Positions 29,112-46,289 of a stretch of 64,000 nt of DNA are shown piece after piece. The notes beneath the pieces were generated by a model, which saw nothing but the letters and a program-made list of their open reading frames with translations, was not told the DNA's origin and searched no databases. The stretch lies in contig CP075496.1 in assembly GCA_021613535.1 (NCBI GenBank), positions 14,632,001 to 14,696,000 of the forward strand. Reading direction: 5' to 3'. This DNA comes from Adineta vaga. Lineage: Eukaryota; Animalia; Rotifera. The first letter of the stretch is position 1, and each line of letters begins with the position of its first letter. The translations under genes were made by a program, and so were the position numbers.

Positions 29112-29767
29112 CAGTACTTCATTTTGTTTTCTTTTGTGTTCATCTATTTTCAGTGCGATCCCTAACCATTCTATGTTGCAAAAATCTTTGGATGGTGCTC
29201 TTTCAGACGACCTAACTCCGATCCATTTTCTTTAATATTTTTATGAAAATATCACAGCTCTACGATCAACATGTCTTCCTGTCGTTATTAGTGGTCGATT
29301 TCCTGAAAACGACGGCCAGCTAAATTTATGCTAAAAAGGTATTCTTCCAAAAAAAAGCGTTTTCTCCCCTTATACTACTTAGAAAGTGAGTTTAGGTTGT
29401 TATATGAAGTTTAAAAATCGCCTCAAGTTCTATCTATATCCAGCGGTTCATAATGATTCAACAATGTTATAAGGAAATTTGAGAATCATCAAAGATGATC
29501 ACGAATTCATAGAAAAAGAAATCATCCTGATAACGACGTCTAGCAAAAGTTTTTGCCCTAATAACGACAGGAAAACATGTTGATCGTAGAGTTGTGATAT
29601 CTTCATAAAAATATTAAAGAAAATGGATCGGAGTTAGGTCGTCTGAAAGAGCACCATCCAAAGATTTTTGCAACATAGAATGGTTAGGGATCGCACTGAA
29701 AATAGATGAACGCAAAAGAAAACAAAATGAAGTACAAATTTTGCGTCGTTATTAGAGAAAAGTACTA
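29112..29767. mobile_element. MITE with ~175-bp inverted arms
   Basis: 29114-29290 is the near-exact reverse complement of 29558-29735; left end ta|cagtac; left arm appears to have a short deletion. Confidence 0.85.
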
Positions 29768-31054
29768 TGTTATTCTTAAAGTAGGAGTAACAATTAATAT
29801 GAAGTGAGAGTCAGTATGAAATGAAAAGACTATAATCACATATATACATATTCGTACCCTTATCCATAGAATATTTTGTGCTCACAGGACGTCACAACAC
29901 ATTCTATTTATTCGTTTACTTTTCAGAACACTTAAGATTCAGAGTACACATAGATCTGGAGGAATTTGCTTGGAAAGAAAATAATATTGGAAAGTAAAAT
30001 AAAGAATAAATAAAGATAATAAAAAGAGAAATAAGAAAAATCAATGCTTATCTGAATATACAGAAAATAAAAATCGAACTCTGAATTGGAATTGTTTCGA
30101 TTATACTTTTATATACATTGCATAGATATACGATGACTATAAACAAGTATTATAAGATCTATTATCATCGTGTATTATTAAACTATATGAATTTCCGTCA
30201 AAAACTAAGTTTATTAATGAGAAAATAATGTTCAAATTATTAATATTCTGATCAATTAAATTAACAAAATTTAAATTGTGTTTGGTAAAAAAAAAGAAAC
30301 ATAATAGTCTATCGAAAGGCCTTACTTCTTCGACTCGTTTATTCGAACTATATCTAACTTAAAATCAGTATCTTTATTCACAGAAATATAACAGAAAACA
30401 TATCTTTCACAAAAAGTTTTTCATTTATTGTCACCATGTACAGAGATTGTTCAATATCAATTAAATAGAGCATTATATAAGTCTCAGAAGAATGTATAGG
30501 AATATATTGTGACTATTATTGAACAAAGATATTCTTCTATCTTTTAATAGAGAAAATTCCAAACTAACATCTATCATTCTGTAGATAATCCTATGAGATG
30601 GAATTCAAAGCAAATAATCTTATTTATCATTTACGATTGTTTAGTTACGACACTAATTGGCTTTTAGTTCTAAATATCAGTTACACTTCAAAATAAAGAA
30701 GAATGCGCTTTCATTATGAAAATATCTTCATATGACAGATTTATTGACATTTACACTTTTCTTTTATAAATGGATATCAAAAAAACTGGAAAAAATAAGA
30801 TGAATTAAAACTGAACTAACGAGTGCACAGACGATTTATGTCGGGAAAGATCAAACATCTTATTTATGAAATTTTACGTTAATTAAATTTTTTCAGTTTG
30901 TTTGAGTCATTATCTTTCCTTTGTCATATTAAGTGTCTATCAATGATTGGTTCTTATACAGACAATGTTCAATGAATATAACTGTATATATATATATATA
31001 TATATATACATATCTATCTACATCAATTTCCACTTCACCTTCAACTAACTTAAT

Positions 31055-33131
31055 ATGTCAACAATGAATAGTCAATCAAAGCAGAGTACGTATTTACTTT
31101 GTAATATGATTAATTCAATAAATTTTTTGTTTATTAAATAGATATTATTGGATTGGTTGATCTACCAGATGAGTTAATATTATCTATTATGAAAAAAGTC
31201 AATCCCAATGTATTATTGCTTTGTTCTATGATTGATATTGGCAATAATCGTTTAGAAGAACTTGCCTTGAATGAATGTCATTCAATCGATTTGACATTTG
31301 ATTATTTTCAAGCACCGCATGAATTTCTTATGCGACGATTTTATTCTCATGTTATGCCTTGTATTGGCCATTATATTCAATCATTAACAATTAATCTTAT
31401 TCAAATATCGGAAATTCAAGCATTTGTTAATAATAATTTTAATGGAGTTCTTCCAAATTTGATACATTTAAAAATAGAGATAGGTGCTAAACGACGTAAA
31501 ACAAACATGCCTTATACATTAAGTAAATTTCAATTCATACATCGAATCTTAGTCTTTTATATGAAATAGAACAAAATTCATCATTTGAAAGTTGAATAAT
31601 TTCTTTTTGGATACTTTGTTAGACAAGAAAAATTCATTTGTTTTTCTTAAAAGTACGATCAGATTCTGGAAATAATCAGTAGAATATGTCCTAAATCATT
31701 CCACTTCTTTTTGACGTTTCAAAACTTTACCAAGGATGAGTATAGATCAAATTAAATTCGCGAAAGTATTGGTCATTTATTGATTGATAATCATCTAAAG
31801 ACACTAGTTTAATTAAATATGATATTATAATATTTGCAAATTATCTGTTTTAGTTAACTTTGAGATGTTATCTAGTAGAACGCGTGATCCTCTCTTTTCA
31901 ATCGTCCCTCAATATCTGTGGCTGCTCAATGGTAAACTTAGTACAAAATTGTCTATCCTGCTTCATTCGTCGATTATGCATTCTATTAAATCATTCGAAC
32001 TTGATGAAAACTGTATCTTACATGAAAGATGTGACGATCAGAAACCGCGCTTCAACCGTTTAACCCAATTAACTCATCTTCAGATATCTTTTTGGGATTT
32101 TGATCAATGTGTATATTTATTAAATCAAATAGGATCACAACTTCATTCATTGACTGTGACTATAGCCTATGTTTCTGATGAACAATCCAATTTAATTCCT
32201 AAAATAACATCGGTAAAAACAAAAATATTTTATTAAATTTTATATATTAATAAATCGAATCATTTAGATTTCATGTCCAAATCTGAAACGAATGAAAATG
32301 ATAATGTATCGAAATATTAATAATTATCAACTTTGTTTTTCTCTTTTACAACATTTATCAAATATTGAATATTTAACATTATTATTAAGTGTAGGAAGAG
32401 GTGATACTAGACCATTACATCTTCTTGATGGATCTATCTTAGAAAGAAATATTCTTCAAAAAATGATTAATTTACGTCAATTTCATTATCATATTCGTTC
32501 AATATCGAAAATTGCTTCTCATATCACAATTCATCAAATTCTTCAAAGTTTTCAAAATCATCAACAATCATTTGATTGTGTACTCGATCATTTTAATAAT
32601 AATTATAAACAATGTCAAATTTATTCGCTTCCATTTATTGGTACTCGTCTAGATTTTATTTCAAATCGTTTTCCATTATTTGATAATAATAGAAATACTT
32701 TTTCAAATGTTACTAATTTATTACTTTTTGATGATAGAAAACCTTTCGAAACTGTTTTCTTCGAACGTCTTACTCAATCTTTACCACGACTCCACACACT
32801 CGAGATAAACAATCAACTCGAACAACAAGAAAAGTCAACTGGAGAAAAGAAAACAAACATTATCTTTAGCCATTTATCTGTACTAATTTTGTACCATAGT
32901 CATATGAATTATGCTCAATTACTTCTTAATCAAAGTTCTCTTCCTTCTCTAATTGAACTTGCAATTAACAAAAATATCTTACTAACAATAATTAATCAAA
33001 ATCAACAACAAGCAAAAGATAATTGTTCACAAATAGGAACAATCATAATATCGAAATCATCTGATGAATCAATAGATATACAAAGTTTTTTTCCACAAAT
33101 TGTTTCTGTCAAATATACGAAAGAGTCATAA
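31055..33131 (+). CDS. F-box / LRR-like protein 1 (multi-exon)
   Basis: F-box start LVDLPDELILSIMKKV and C-terminal LRR-like repeats (CQIYSLPF, LLLFDDRKPFE); GT-AG introns join ORFs 31153, 31865 and 32292. Confidence 0.8.
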
Positions 33132-33467
33132 TAAAATAATAAATCATCAAAATGTCAATATCGATGAAATATTCTTCTTGAAATGAAAAAAAGAAAGCAA
33201 TAAGATCATAGAGAAAATCTATAAGAATTATTAAATATTTTACAATGTTGATAATAAAGTTCTCCTTCATTTTTTTCTATGTCTAATAAATACTTGTTCC
33301 ACATTCAAAAAAAAAGAAATCAACATTTATATAGTGGTATCTATTTTATTTTGATTTTATTGGTTTCATATATTCTGTTGACCTCGTATCATATTGATCA
33401 ATTTGATGATGATGTTCTATTCTATTGTGTTTGAAAATTGTGTTACAAAAAGTGAAAACAAAAATAA

Positions 33468-35480
<2,013 letters not shown>

Positions 35481-36011
35481 TAGTTTCATTTATCTTTTCT
35501 TGGACTATAGTCGATGCATAGAAAGAATTCACCTTTTATACAATTATAGAATAGTTTGTCTTTTGTATCTGGTCCCCTCATATCTTATTCTTTGGATAAA
35601 TTACGTCGAATATCGATGGACATTGTCCGCTTTGTTCAAACAATGAGCGATCCTTTTCGTAGTGTAGTGTAGATTTCTATTGTAAAGATGAAGATTTATA
35701 TCGACTGTGTGTATGTACACAAGATCGTTTTATTAATTACAAAACGTCGGGTTTAAATAGGTTTAAAGAGAACTAGAATACTAGGGAAAATAACATATGA
35801 ATAACATGATGTCAGAAACAGAAAGATATAGAAAACATATGATGAACATATATCATGGCGTTATATGGAAGAAACGAATGAAAGTATATGACGTCATGGA
35901 TAAAGAATTCTCCTCCTTAACACCATGTCCTTTTGTCTATTTGTCTTTATCTATCTATTGCATGTGTATTTATTGACATGTTGTTTTTAGATATTGAATC
36001 ATTATTTCATA

Positions 36012-36657
36012 ATGGCTTCAAGTGGTAAGTAGAATCAATGGATTCTATTTTCTAATTAGATGTATTTCTTTCATTTAGGTTCGACAAATAACATACCTAA
36101 AGATAAAAACGAAAAAGATGTGGAGGACTTTATCTATTCTTCGCGAGAAGTATGAAGTATTATTATTTTTGTCTAATGTACCTAACTTTCTTCATAGGAA
36201 TGGGAAGAAATAAATAATGCTATACAAAATACGAATATCTTGAATCAACTTAGTGAATATAAATGTCGGAAACTGATGGAAAAGCTGGAATTGAAGATGT
36301 TTGAAAATGACGAGTTAATTGTCAAGAAAGGTGATGTTGCTAATGAAGGTTTTGTGATTGTTCAAGGTAAAAGAAAACAGCATTGATATTCTTACATAAT
36401 TATTTAGTTTAGGAGTAGCAATTATATGTGAATCACCTCATCAAATGACAATAACACATGAATTAAAAACATTTGATACAATTGGTCTTAATGCATTATA
36501 TATGTCAACAAGTTATAATGTTGATGTTATCGCTAACGGTCGCGTAGTATGTGTGAAATTTTACAAGCAAAACTTTGATGAAAATATTCGATATTTTATT
36601 GATGAATGCAAAATCAAAAGTGAAACATATCGATCTTTCATGAATCTGGTCGTTTAG
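36012..36657 (+). CDS. Stand-alone cyclic-nucleotide-binding domain protein 2 (~165 aa; exons 36012-36024, 36079-36149, 36198-36366, 36413-36657)
   Basis: FENDELIVKKGDVANEGFVIVQG..LKTFDTIGLNAL..VIANGRVVCVKF; same exon phases as copy 1 (13-nt exon 1, 169-nt exon 3). Confidence 0.82.
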
Positions 36658-37929
36658 ACAATAAATAGATAATCTTTCACACCATCAATGTACACATTTT
36701 TTGTATCTTCAGACGGTTTTTTTTACATGATGTGATTTCTTTTATTAAAAAATATATATTGATATAAAAATACTTAGAAATATTTTCGATAGTGTAATCA
36801 GTAGCGTGTCTATAAAATAAAGTTATATTTGATAAGAAAAAATATCCTAAGAATAGCTTATATTTATTCTCAGAAGATGGTTCTATAGTTATATTAATAA
36901 ATAAAACAATATGTTCCCATTGATATTCTCTGTATGTATTCCGAACAACACAAACTCGATATCTGTATTTATATCTTGAAAATCTAATAAAACATATGTT
37001 ATCTTCTACAAAAAGTAAACATTCATTTCTCATCATAGCATAGTGAAACTTCTTGAAAATATAGATCAAAAAGAACATTGTCATAGTTTTAAAAAACCAT
37101 AGAAATATTTTGTAATTATTCATCAATTATATGTAACGAAAAATACAAAATGAATGAAAGAAACGGCGAATGTTTCGTTACGAGTGCATCAATTCTATTT
37201 CTTTTACTCGTAATCACAATGTGATAAAATAGAGAAAATATTCTCATTGTACTCAATGTAAATGATGCTCAGTGCACTATACAACACTTCAACTGTGTCT
37301 CAGATACACACAGAACACACCGTCTCTTTTGGATGAAACAATGAACAAAAGAGAAGAATAAGCAGCTACAAAAATCAAATGAGAACATTTGTATGTCCAG
37401 AATATTACATAACGGCAAAGCAATACGTGAAAGAGATATATAAATAATATTGTACAAAGGAAAATATCTTCAATGGTGTACTCCATGGCAAACTGTAGGC
37501 AATTATTTTAGCATTACTAAAGTGAATAGAAACTAAGAATTATGATAGTACATATAATTCTATAAAAGGAACTTTTCATTCAGATAATATCTAAAACACT
37601 ATCGTACTATCTATAATCTATAAGTTATGGATATGTATTAATCCGATTTGAATTCTAAACATTAGTCATACTTGAAAAAAGGAAAATGTATTTCATAATC
37701 AATATCTTTATATTTTTCATACATCTTAAAGGATATAACATCCAATGTTTTTTTTTCAGTCTATTTGAAATTTCTTTGTTTCTTTTGTTAAAACAGTTGC
37801 TTCATCAATGATTGGTTCTCATGCAAACAAAACACACTAAACATCTTTGTTTGTATATTGTATATATGCATATCTATATTCATTTTCAAATTTCAATCTT
37901 CATCTTCATCTCAAATCAACAAATTGAAT

Positions 37930-39922
37930 ATGTCAACAATAAACTGTTCATCAAAAACAAGTAAATATTTCTTTATATAATACATTGTTAATTGTTTCAT
38001 TTATTAAAGATACTGTTGAATTGAATGATTTACCAGATGAATTAATATTATATATTATGAAGAAAATTAATCCTTATGTATTATTTTTATGTTCTATGAT
38101 TGATATAAGAAATGATCGTTTAGAAAAACTTGCATTTGATAGATGTCATTCAATTGATTTAACTTTCAATTATCAAAATCAAGTATCATATCGATCAGTT
38201 ATACAACGATTTTATTCGGATATTTTACCTCGTATAAATAATCATATTCATTCATTAACAATTAATCTTGCACATATAGATAATTTTGAAATTTATTTTG
38301 AGAAAAATTCTAATATAAATTTTCCAAATCTCAAGCATTTGAAGATAATGTTAGGTGCTAAACAACTTAAAACAGGCATACCATTTAAAATAAGTAAGTT
38401 TTATTATCGATTGAATTTCTATATATTAGATATGATCAGAAATGTAAGAAAATTTTCTTATTTAACAATTAAATAGTCTATCATTGATGTTCTATTCCAA
38501 AAGGAAAAATTCATTCATTTTTCTCTTTAAAGAAAGATCACATTTGAGAAAGTAATCAGTAATCGATTTTAATTGTTTATGTAAAAATGACCTATTAAGT
38601 AAAATAACGAATAATTGTAAATATTTCTTTTAGTTCGATATCCACTCTTAAACACTTCAATAAATATGCCATTTTTTTCAATCTTATATGAAAATTTTCC
38701 AATGTCTAATGATACTCTTCGTGCAAAATTCTGTTCTTTTCTTCATTCATCAATAATGCAACAGATCGAATCATTTGAACTTGATGGAACATGTATTGTA
38801 AAGGAAAGATATAAAAATAATCAACTATTCTTTCCACAAATAAATCAAATAACTCATTTAAATATATCTTTTTCTGATTTTGAACAATGTATAGATTTAT
38901 TAAATCAAATTGGATCTCAACTTCATTCATTTACTGTTTTCATTGAATATATTTGTGATGAAGAAAGTTTAGATTTAATATCTAAAATAAAATCAGTAAG
39001 TGAAACATTTCAATTCAATATAACATTTGAATAAGTTGAATTCTTTTAGATTTCATGTCCAAAACTAAAACAAATGAAAATGATAATGTATAAAAATTTC
39101 AATAATTATCAATTATGTTTTTTTCTTTTACAACAATTATCAAATATTGAATATTTAACATTATTAATGTCTATAAATGAAGATGGTACTAAATATTCAT
39201 ATTTTATTGATAAAACTATTTTAGAAAAAAATCTTCGAAAAATGAATAATTTACGTCAATTTCATTATCATATTCGTTCAATATTATTATATTCTTCATA
39301 TAGAACAATTAATCAAAGTTTTCATAAACAACAAGAAAAACAATCGTTTAATTGTGTAATTGATTATTTTCAAAATGATTATCAACAATGTCAAATTTAT
39401 TCACTTCCATTTATTGGAAATCGTTTAGATTTTATTTCAAATCGTTTTCCATTATTTGATAAGGAGAATACATTTGAAAATATTACTAATTTATTACTTT
39501 TCGATGATAGAACACCTTTTGAAAATAGTTTTTTTCAATGTCTTACTCAATTTTTACCTCAACTACATACACTTCATATAATTAATCAACTTGAACAACA
39601 AGACAAATCAAAAGAAAAACAAACAAATTTGATTTTTACTCATTTATCTGTACTTATTTTACAAAAAATTCATATGGATTATGCTCAATTATTTCTTTGT
39701 CAATGTCAACTTCCTTCTTTAATTGAACTTGCGATTAACACAGATATTTTACTTACAATAATTGATCAAAATAAACAACAAGCTAGAAAGAATTGTTCTC
39801 GAGTAGGAACAATAATTATAACTAAAGAATCATCTACTCAAACAAATAATCTTATTCACAACTTTTTTCCACAAACTACTCAGATTTATTTTACAGATAG
39901 ATTATATAAGAAAATAAATTAG
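37930..39922 (+). CDS. F-box / LRR-like protein 2 (multi-exon)
   Basis: LNDLPDELILYIMKKI; paralog of 31055-33131 with the same intron layout. Confidence 0.8.
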
Positions 39923-40205
39923 AAAAATGTCAAATATCTTTTTTCTTGTTTTTATGCTCAAAGATGAATGTAAATGCAAAGAATAGTGTATTTTCCTTAA
40001 TGTTAATGATTTACGAATGCAATTTTCATTGTTATATGAACATTCGTTGTATCTTTGAATAGAAAAATAAATTTAATTGATTTTCGAAACTCATAATTTA
40101 TATGAATTAATTAATAAAAAATATTTCTCTTTTCTTTTTCTTTATAATAATTTCATTTTCTATATTTTGAAAAATCTCTAATAGATATTATCATACATCG
40201 ACATA

Positions 40206-41845
40206 CAGTGGGTACCAAAATTGATCAACAAGAAGACTAATTGTTTTTGTTAACGTTGTATCTCAATAACTGTATGAGCTATAATGATTCTGTTTTATCC
40301 TTATAATAGCCCATGTTAGGTAGTATATGTACACAAAATTTCAGATCATTCCGTCCTTCTGTTCTGTAGTTATTGAAAAAACAATTCATGATTGTAGATT
40401 TTGGATGTTCCAAAATTGATCAACAAGTTATTTCTACGGTTTTCAGTGCAATTATTTTTACTTAGAAATATTTTTATAGTATACTATCTGAAAGAGCAAA
40501 GTTTTTTCTACATACTGAGCTAATTTTTATTGTGTGCATTTTTTTCAAAGTGGCTGGTCAGGGGTCAGTTTTAGACCATACTGATAATAGACTGCAGAAA
40601 TTGGATAAAATATAACATTTTATTTCTTTTTTATTTAATTTCATATTTCAATGATACCACCTGAAAGAGCATTAAAAACTGTATAAAAACCAATATTTAA
40701 TCAGTCATCCTCATCGTAGAAAGTGACCATAAAAATCTATTATCTATCTCTTCATTATATCCATCTTACATAAATTCTGCTCGGTTTTCTCATTTACATA
40801 ACTAAGACGCTTCCGAAGACCACTTTGTATATTATAGACTTGTAGAGAATTCTTTTCTCTACAAGCTAGACCAGTTTTCAGGCAAAAAGTTTCACCTCAT
40901 CACGAGAATCACATCATTTTTTCATAACAAGCCATGTTATTGAAGCGAGCATACACCATATGAAATGGACTATGAACGATTTTTCCCAAAAAACAGTATT
41001 GAACATCCTTACTTAATGTATCATTTGAAAGAGTGAACTTTCAAGCTCCTACGCTATACTTTGATACAAATTCTGGTCGGTTTTGTTCTGGTAATATATT
41101 CTATAGAACATGGTTAAGGTACTTATCAAAAAAATGATGTGATTCTCGTGATGAGGTGAAACTTTTTGCCTGAAAACTGGTCTAGCTTGTAGAGAAAAGA
41201 ATTCTCTACAAGTCTATAATATACAAAGTGGTCTTCGGAAGCGTCTTAGTTATGTAAATGAGAAAACCGAGCAGAATTTATGTAAGATGGATATAATGAA
41301 GAGATAGATAATAGATTTTTATGGTCACTTTCTACGATGAGGATGACTGATTAAATATTGGTTTTTATACAGTTTTTAATGCTCTTTCAGGTGGTATCAT
41401 TGAAATATGAAATTAAATAAAAAAGAAATTAAATGTTATATTTTATCCAATTTCTGCAGTCTATTATCAGTATGGTCTAAAACTGACCCTTGACCAGCCA
41501 CTTTGAAAAAAATGCACACAATAAAAATTAGCTCAGTATGTAGAAAAAACTTTGCTCTTTCAGATAGTATACTATAAAAATATTTCTAAGTAAAAATAAT
41601 TGCACTGAGAACCGTAGAAATAACTTGTTGATCAATTTTGGAACATCCAAAATCTACAATCATGAATTGTTTTTTCAATAACTACAGAACAGAAGGACGG
41701 AATGATCTGAAATTTTGTGTACATATACTACCTAACATGGGCTATTATAAGGATAAAACAGAATCATTATAGCTCATACAGTTATTGAGATACAACGTTA
41801 ACAAAAACAATTAGTCTTCTTGTTGATCAATTTTGGTACCCACTG
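40206..41845. mobile_element. Non-autonomous Tc1/mariner-type foldback element, ~717-bp inverted arms, TA TSD
   Basis: ta|cagtgggtaccaaaattgatcaacaag ... cttgttgatcaattttggtacccactg|ta; arms 40206-40922 and 41129-41845 differ at only a few positions. Confidence 0.93.
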
Positions 41846-41879
41846 TATATATGATATACTGATTTATTTTCATGTCAAC

Positions 41880-42005
41880 TTATTCTCTCACCAGTCACAG
41901 TGGATGTGTTAACAGAAGATATAACACGAATAAGAAAAATGAAATTTATTGGTTGAATCTTTTCTATTTTGACCTTTCAATGAACTGATATTTAATTCGT
42001 TCATT
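41880..42005 (+). promoter_or_regulatory. Conserved Rb promoter block (copy 3), CCAAT box
   Basis: gtgttaacag..ataacacgaa..atttattggtt..tgacctttcaatgaactgatatttaattcgttcatt. Confidence 0.55.
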
Positions 42006-42048
42006 TTCTAGAAAAACATTTCTTCATACATCACAATTCAATATTGAA

Positions 42049-45029
42049 ATGAATTTATCATTATCATCTTCAATAAAGTAAGAAAATTCGATTTGTATTA
42101 ATTTGTATATTTATTTTAAAATCAATTTCGAAGAGAAGAAATGGAAACAACAATTGAAAATCGTTATTCGAATTTATGTTTGGATTTAAATATGGATAAT
42201 GAAACAAAAGAAGATGCTTGGATCAATTATAAAAATCTATGTAAACATTATGTATTAGAAGGTGATCAAATTCATTGGTTAGCCATATCATTATATGTAT
42301 CATGTCGAAAAAATAAATTTTTATCTAAAAATCAAAATAATCCAATATCAATAACACGTTTATTAAAAAGTTCAAATAATTTCAAGATTTTATCTTTTTT
42401 TGATAAATTACATCAATGGGAAAATATGGGAAATTTACCAGAAAATTTAAGAAATCAAATCAATCAAGTTGAACATTCATTTCAAATTTCATCAATTATC
42501 TTTGAAAAATATTCACAAATCTTTCTTTTAATATTTAATGGAAATATTGATAAATTAAATTCATTTAATTATCTTAATGAAAGAGAAATTTTACAAAAAA
42601 ATCCAAAATTAAATTTAAAATTAAAAGATGATAAATATTCAATAAATCATCTTTATTTAATAATATGGACAATTTATTCCTTATCAAAAACAATTTATCC
42701 CTCAACATTTAATGATTTAATTGCATCATTTCATTTACTTATTGCTTCATTTGAATTTATTTATCAATTTATTAAAAAAACGAAATTTAATATATTTATT
42801 AAACAAAATCTTAATGAAGAAAGTTTAATTGATTATTTATGTTCAAAATATTCTTGTTCTTCAGATATGACACGAACAATTTATTATGAACATTTAAAAA
42901 ATGATTTATTTCAATTAATTAATTTATCGGAAATGAATTTCTCGGAAATTATCGATTTAATTAATAAAAAATATGATGAAATTATTTTAACCAATTGTAT
43001 TATTGATGAAAGAATTTTTTTAGAAAATAAAAATCAATTTTCCGATTTATTAAATTCTTTAAATGAAAATAAAAATTCCAAATTAAATCAAAATAAAACA
43101 CCATTAACAGCAAATCAACATTTTATTCATTTAAATCAACAACAAAATCAAATATTAACACCAATATCACAAGCAAATCAATTAATTCAAATTTTATTAA
43201 ATATTATTCAAAATCAAACGAATAAACCAAGTTTAAATCTTTCAAAAACTATTGGTGAACAACAATTTTTAGATGATTTAAATGAACGATTAAATGAATG
43301 GAAAAGATTATTTGTACAAAATTATGAAAAAACTCAATTAATTGATAAAACATTTTCAAATCGTGGAAATTCATCGGAGAATTATTTTGATTTTTCATTA
43401 AAATTATTTTATTCAGCGTTAGAAAATATTTTAATTATCGAAAAGAAACGTTTAATATCATCAAATCATCAAAATATTCAACAAACATTTCAGTAATTTG
43501 TTTTTTCTCTTTTTTCAAATAATTATTTCGCTTTTCTTTCTTTTAGTAAATTAATATTAAATAATGAATTTCTTAAATCACTTCTTGGTTTATGTTTATT
43601 ATTAGTTTTATATTCACATGGTGATTCTTATCATGATTTTCAATGGATATTTCATCTTTATTCATTACAAGGTTATTCTTTCTTAAAAATTATACAAATT
43701 TATTTTAAAACAACAAAACAAATCTTAAAATCACGTTTATTTATTAAATATTTATCATCAATTGAAGAAATTATTTTATCTTCATTAGCATTTCAATTAA
43801 ATTCACATTTATGGAATGAAATTAAATCTAAAGGAATATTAACTTATCAACAAATTCAACAATTACAACAAAAATCATTATTAACAACACCAACAAATGC
43901 TTCAAATTTATTTCTTTATTCACCAACACCTTCAACGAATGTGAAAAGAAAATTATTTGATCAAAATAATTCGTTATCAATCATTCGAAGTCAATCAGAT
44001 CCAATTGTTGATAATCAAAATACGACGAAAATTCCACAAAAAGAATCTCCATATACAATGTTTTATCGTAAATATTATCAATTAGTCTTTACACGACTTG
44101 ATCTATTATGTTCACGTTTATTTGGTATAAATTCAAATGAAATTAAAAAAATGATTTGGAATTTTTATTTATTTCTTTTTGAAAATTATACCGAAAGTTT
44201 ATTTTGTCAAAGAGATTTAGATCAAATCTTATTATCATCAATTTATTTTATTTCAAATCATGAAAATCTTAATTTAACATGGATAACACTTCTTCAAGCT
44301 TATAAATCAATTCCAAATTCAAATTTAAAAACAATTCGAAGTGTTTTTATTAAAAATCATTCATTAAATTCCAATTCAAATGAATTCATAAATGAAAAGA
44401 ATTCTTTCAATGAAAATCCTTGTTTAACACCATCAAAACCAGCTGGAACAATTCATTTATTTGATGAAAAATTTCTTGGTGATATTAATACATTTTATGA
44501 TGAAATCTTTATTAAAATTAATAATTTTGATGAATTTTTCTTAAAAAAAGATTTCTTTGATCTTCCAAATAAAGTTAAATTAAATTCAAATCAAAATGAA
44601 CAAATTTCATTAAATATTGGTGAAAATCTCTTCGTTAAATATTCTTCAACTTTTATTAAATCAAATTCATTTCATCAACAAAATCAAACGAAATCAAATG
44701 ATTTCAATTCAAATTCATCAACAAATATTTTATCTTCATCAATTCAAGCAGGTGTTCATAATCGTGTTAAAACAATTCGAACTCGAACTGAAGATGGAAA
44801 ATTTCTAACAACAATTTCAACAATTCAACAAAATTTCAATGATTCAAATGAAAATAATTGTAATAGTAATGAAAAAGAAAAACATCTTGTTTTTGGTCAA
44901 TCATCAATGAATTCAATGAAAAGAACTTTTCAAGATTATTCAAATTCAAATTCCGATTGTTTAACAAGTTTAACAAAGAAAATTTTGCAAATTGAAAATG
45001 ATCGAGAATTAAATTCAACGAAAAATTAA
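42049..45029 (+). CDS. Retinoblastoma-like pocket protein, copy 3 (~956 aa; exons 42049-42077, 42134-43492, 43547-45029)
   Basis: Near-identical to copy 2; intact spliced frame. Confidence 0.92.
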
Positions 45030-46289
45030 TTTACTAATAAACTCGGTTTTCCTTCTGTAGAAAAAATTTCTTGAATTTATTTTGTTTTTGTTTTCTTGAT
45101 AAATCTTTGTTACATTTCGATTTCATATTAAAAGTGAAATTCTTTTGTTTTTCATTTATCTAATTTAATTCTATTAAATGATTACTGTGAATAATAATTA
45201 TAGGAAAATTTTCGTGCAAACAAAATTTCAAATTGTATTCATCATTTAAGAAACGGATGGATTAATCTAAAATAAAACTTATCGTATAATCAGCGAATAA
45301 GTGTGGAATTATTTATCTCATGCGATACAAATATATTTTCACTCTCGCTTGTTTCAATTTCTATATCATGCAACATATATTTGGTTGGAATAGTTTATTT
45401 CAGCAATCCCAATCAAAATTAGCTGGATATCCTGAATACATTCGTGTCACTATTCTACTTAGTATTTCTAATGAGAATCTAAAACAGAGCGTACAACAAG
45501 TTTCAACTGTATTTCATAAGGAAAAATAATCTTGTATCATAAACCAACTATCATTTCGAACTTCCCTATAATCATAAAAGTCAATAGAAACACAATTGAG
45601 TATAAACGTTTCCATATTTCATGTATAAAAAAACACGATTTCTTCACATACATTCATCAAGAATTATTTTATATAATTTATTAATCATACAACTGATTTT
45701 AGATAAATAAAATGTGAAAAAGAACTTCAGAGTGTTCAACACTCATTAGAAACATTGATCCTACTTGATATCGTATACCAAGCAGACAAGAATATGAAAT
45801 ATGCGTTTAAATACTCAATCAGGAACCGTGATTTTCTTCTAATACATTTAAAAGATGTGGGTGTGGGTGTAAGTTTATTATGGACGAATGCCCACATCTG
45901 CTCCCTCAAGATGGTTATATTTCTGCATTTATATTATAAGTCGAATTAGGCAGCTACTCAGATTTTGACAGTCAAATATTTGTTATTATAAGGCATTCAA
46001 ATAAATAATCAAATACTTCATGAATATATTTTCAGGATGAGACAATGACTTTTTTTTTCGATCGACGTGTCTTATAATAGCTATAATAGATAACGAGTAA
46101 AATTATTTAGATCAAAACGATTTTATCTTTTAATTGAACTTCGATTGAATTAGACAATTGATCGGCATTTCGTCTTGTTCTCAATATATGACCGTAAAAA
46201 ACAATGAAAATTAAAATAGGTATTAGATCTCTTTGAATGGACTTTTTTGAATGTGTTAGAATGAAAGAGGATAGTTTTTGATTGAAATA

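Noticed and set aside
36677-37486. Minus-strand ORFs of 62-149 aa
   Set aside because: Composition is typical of chance ORFs in AT-rich DNA; no domain evidence.
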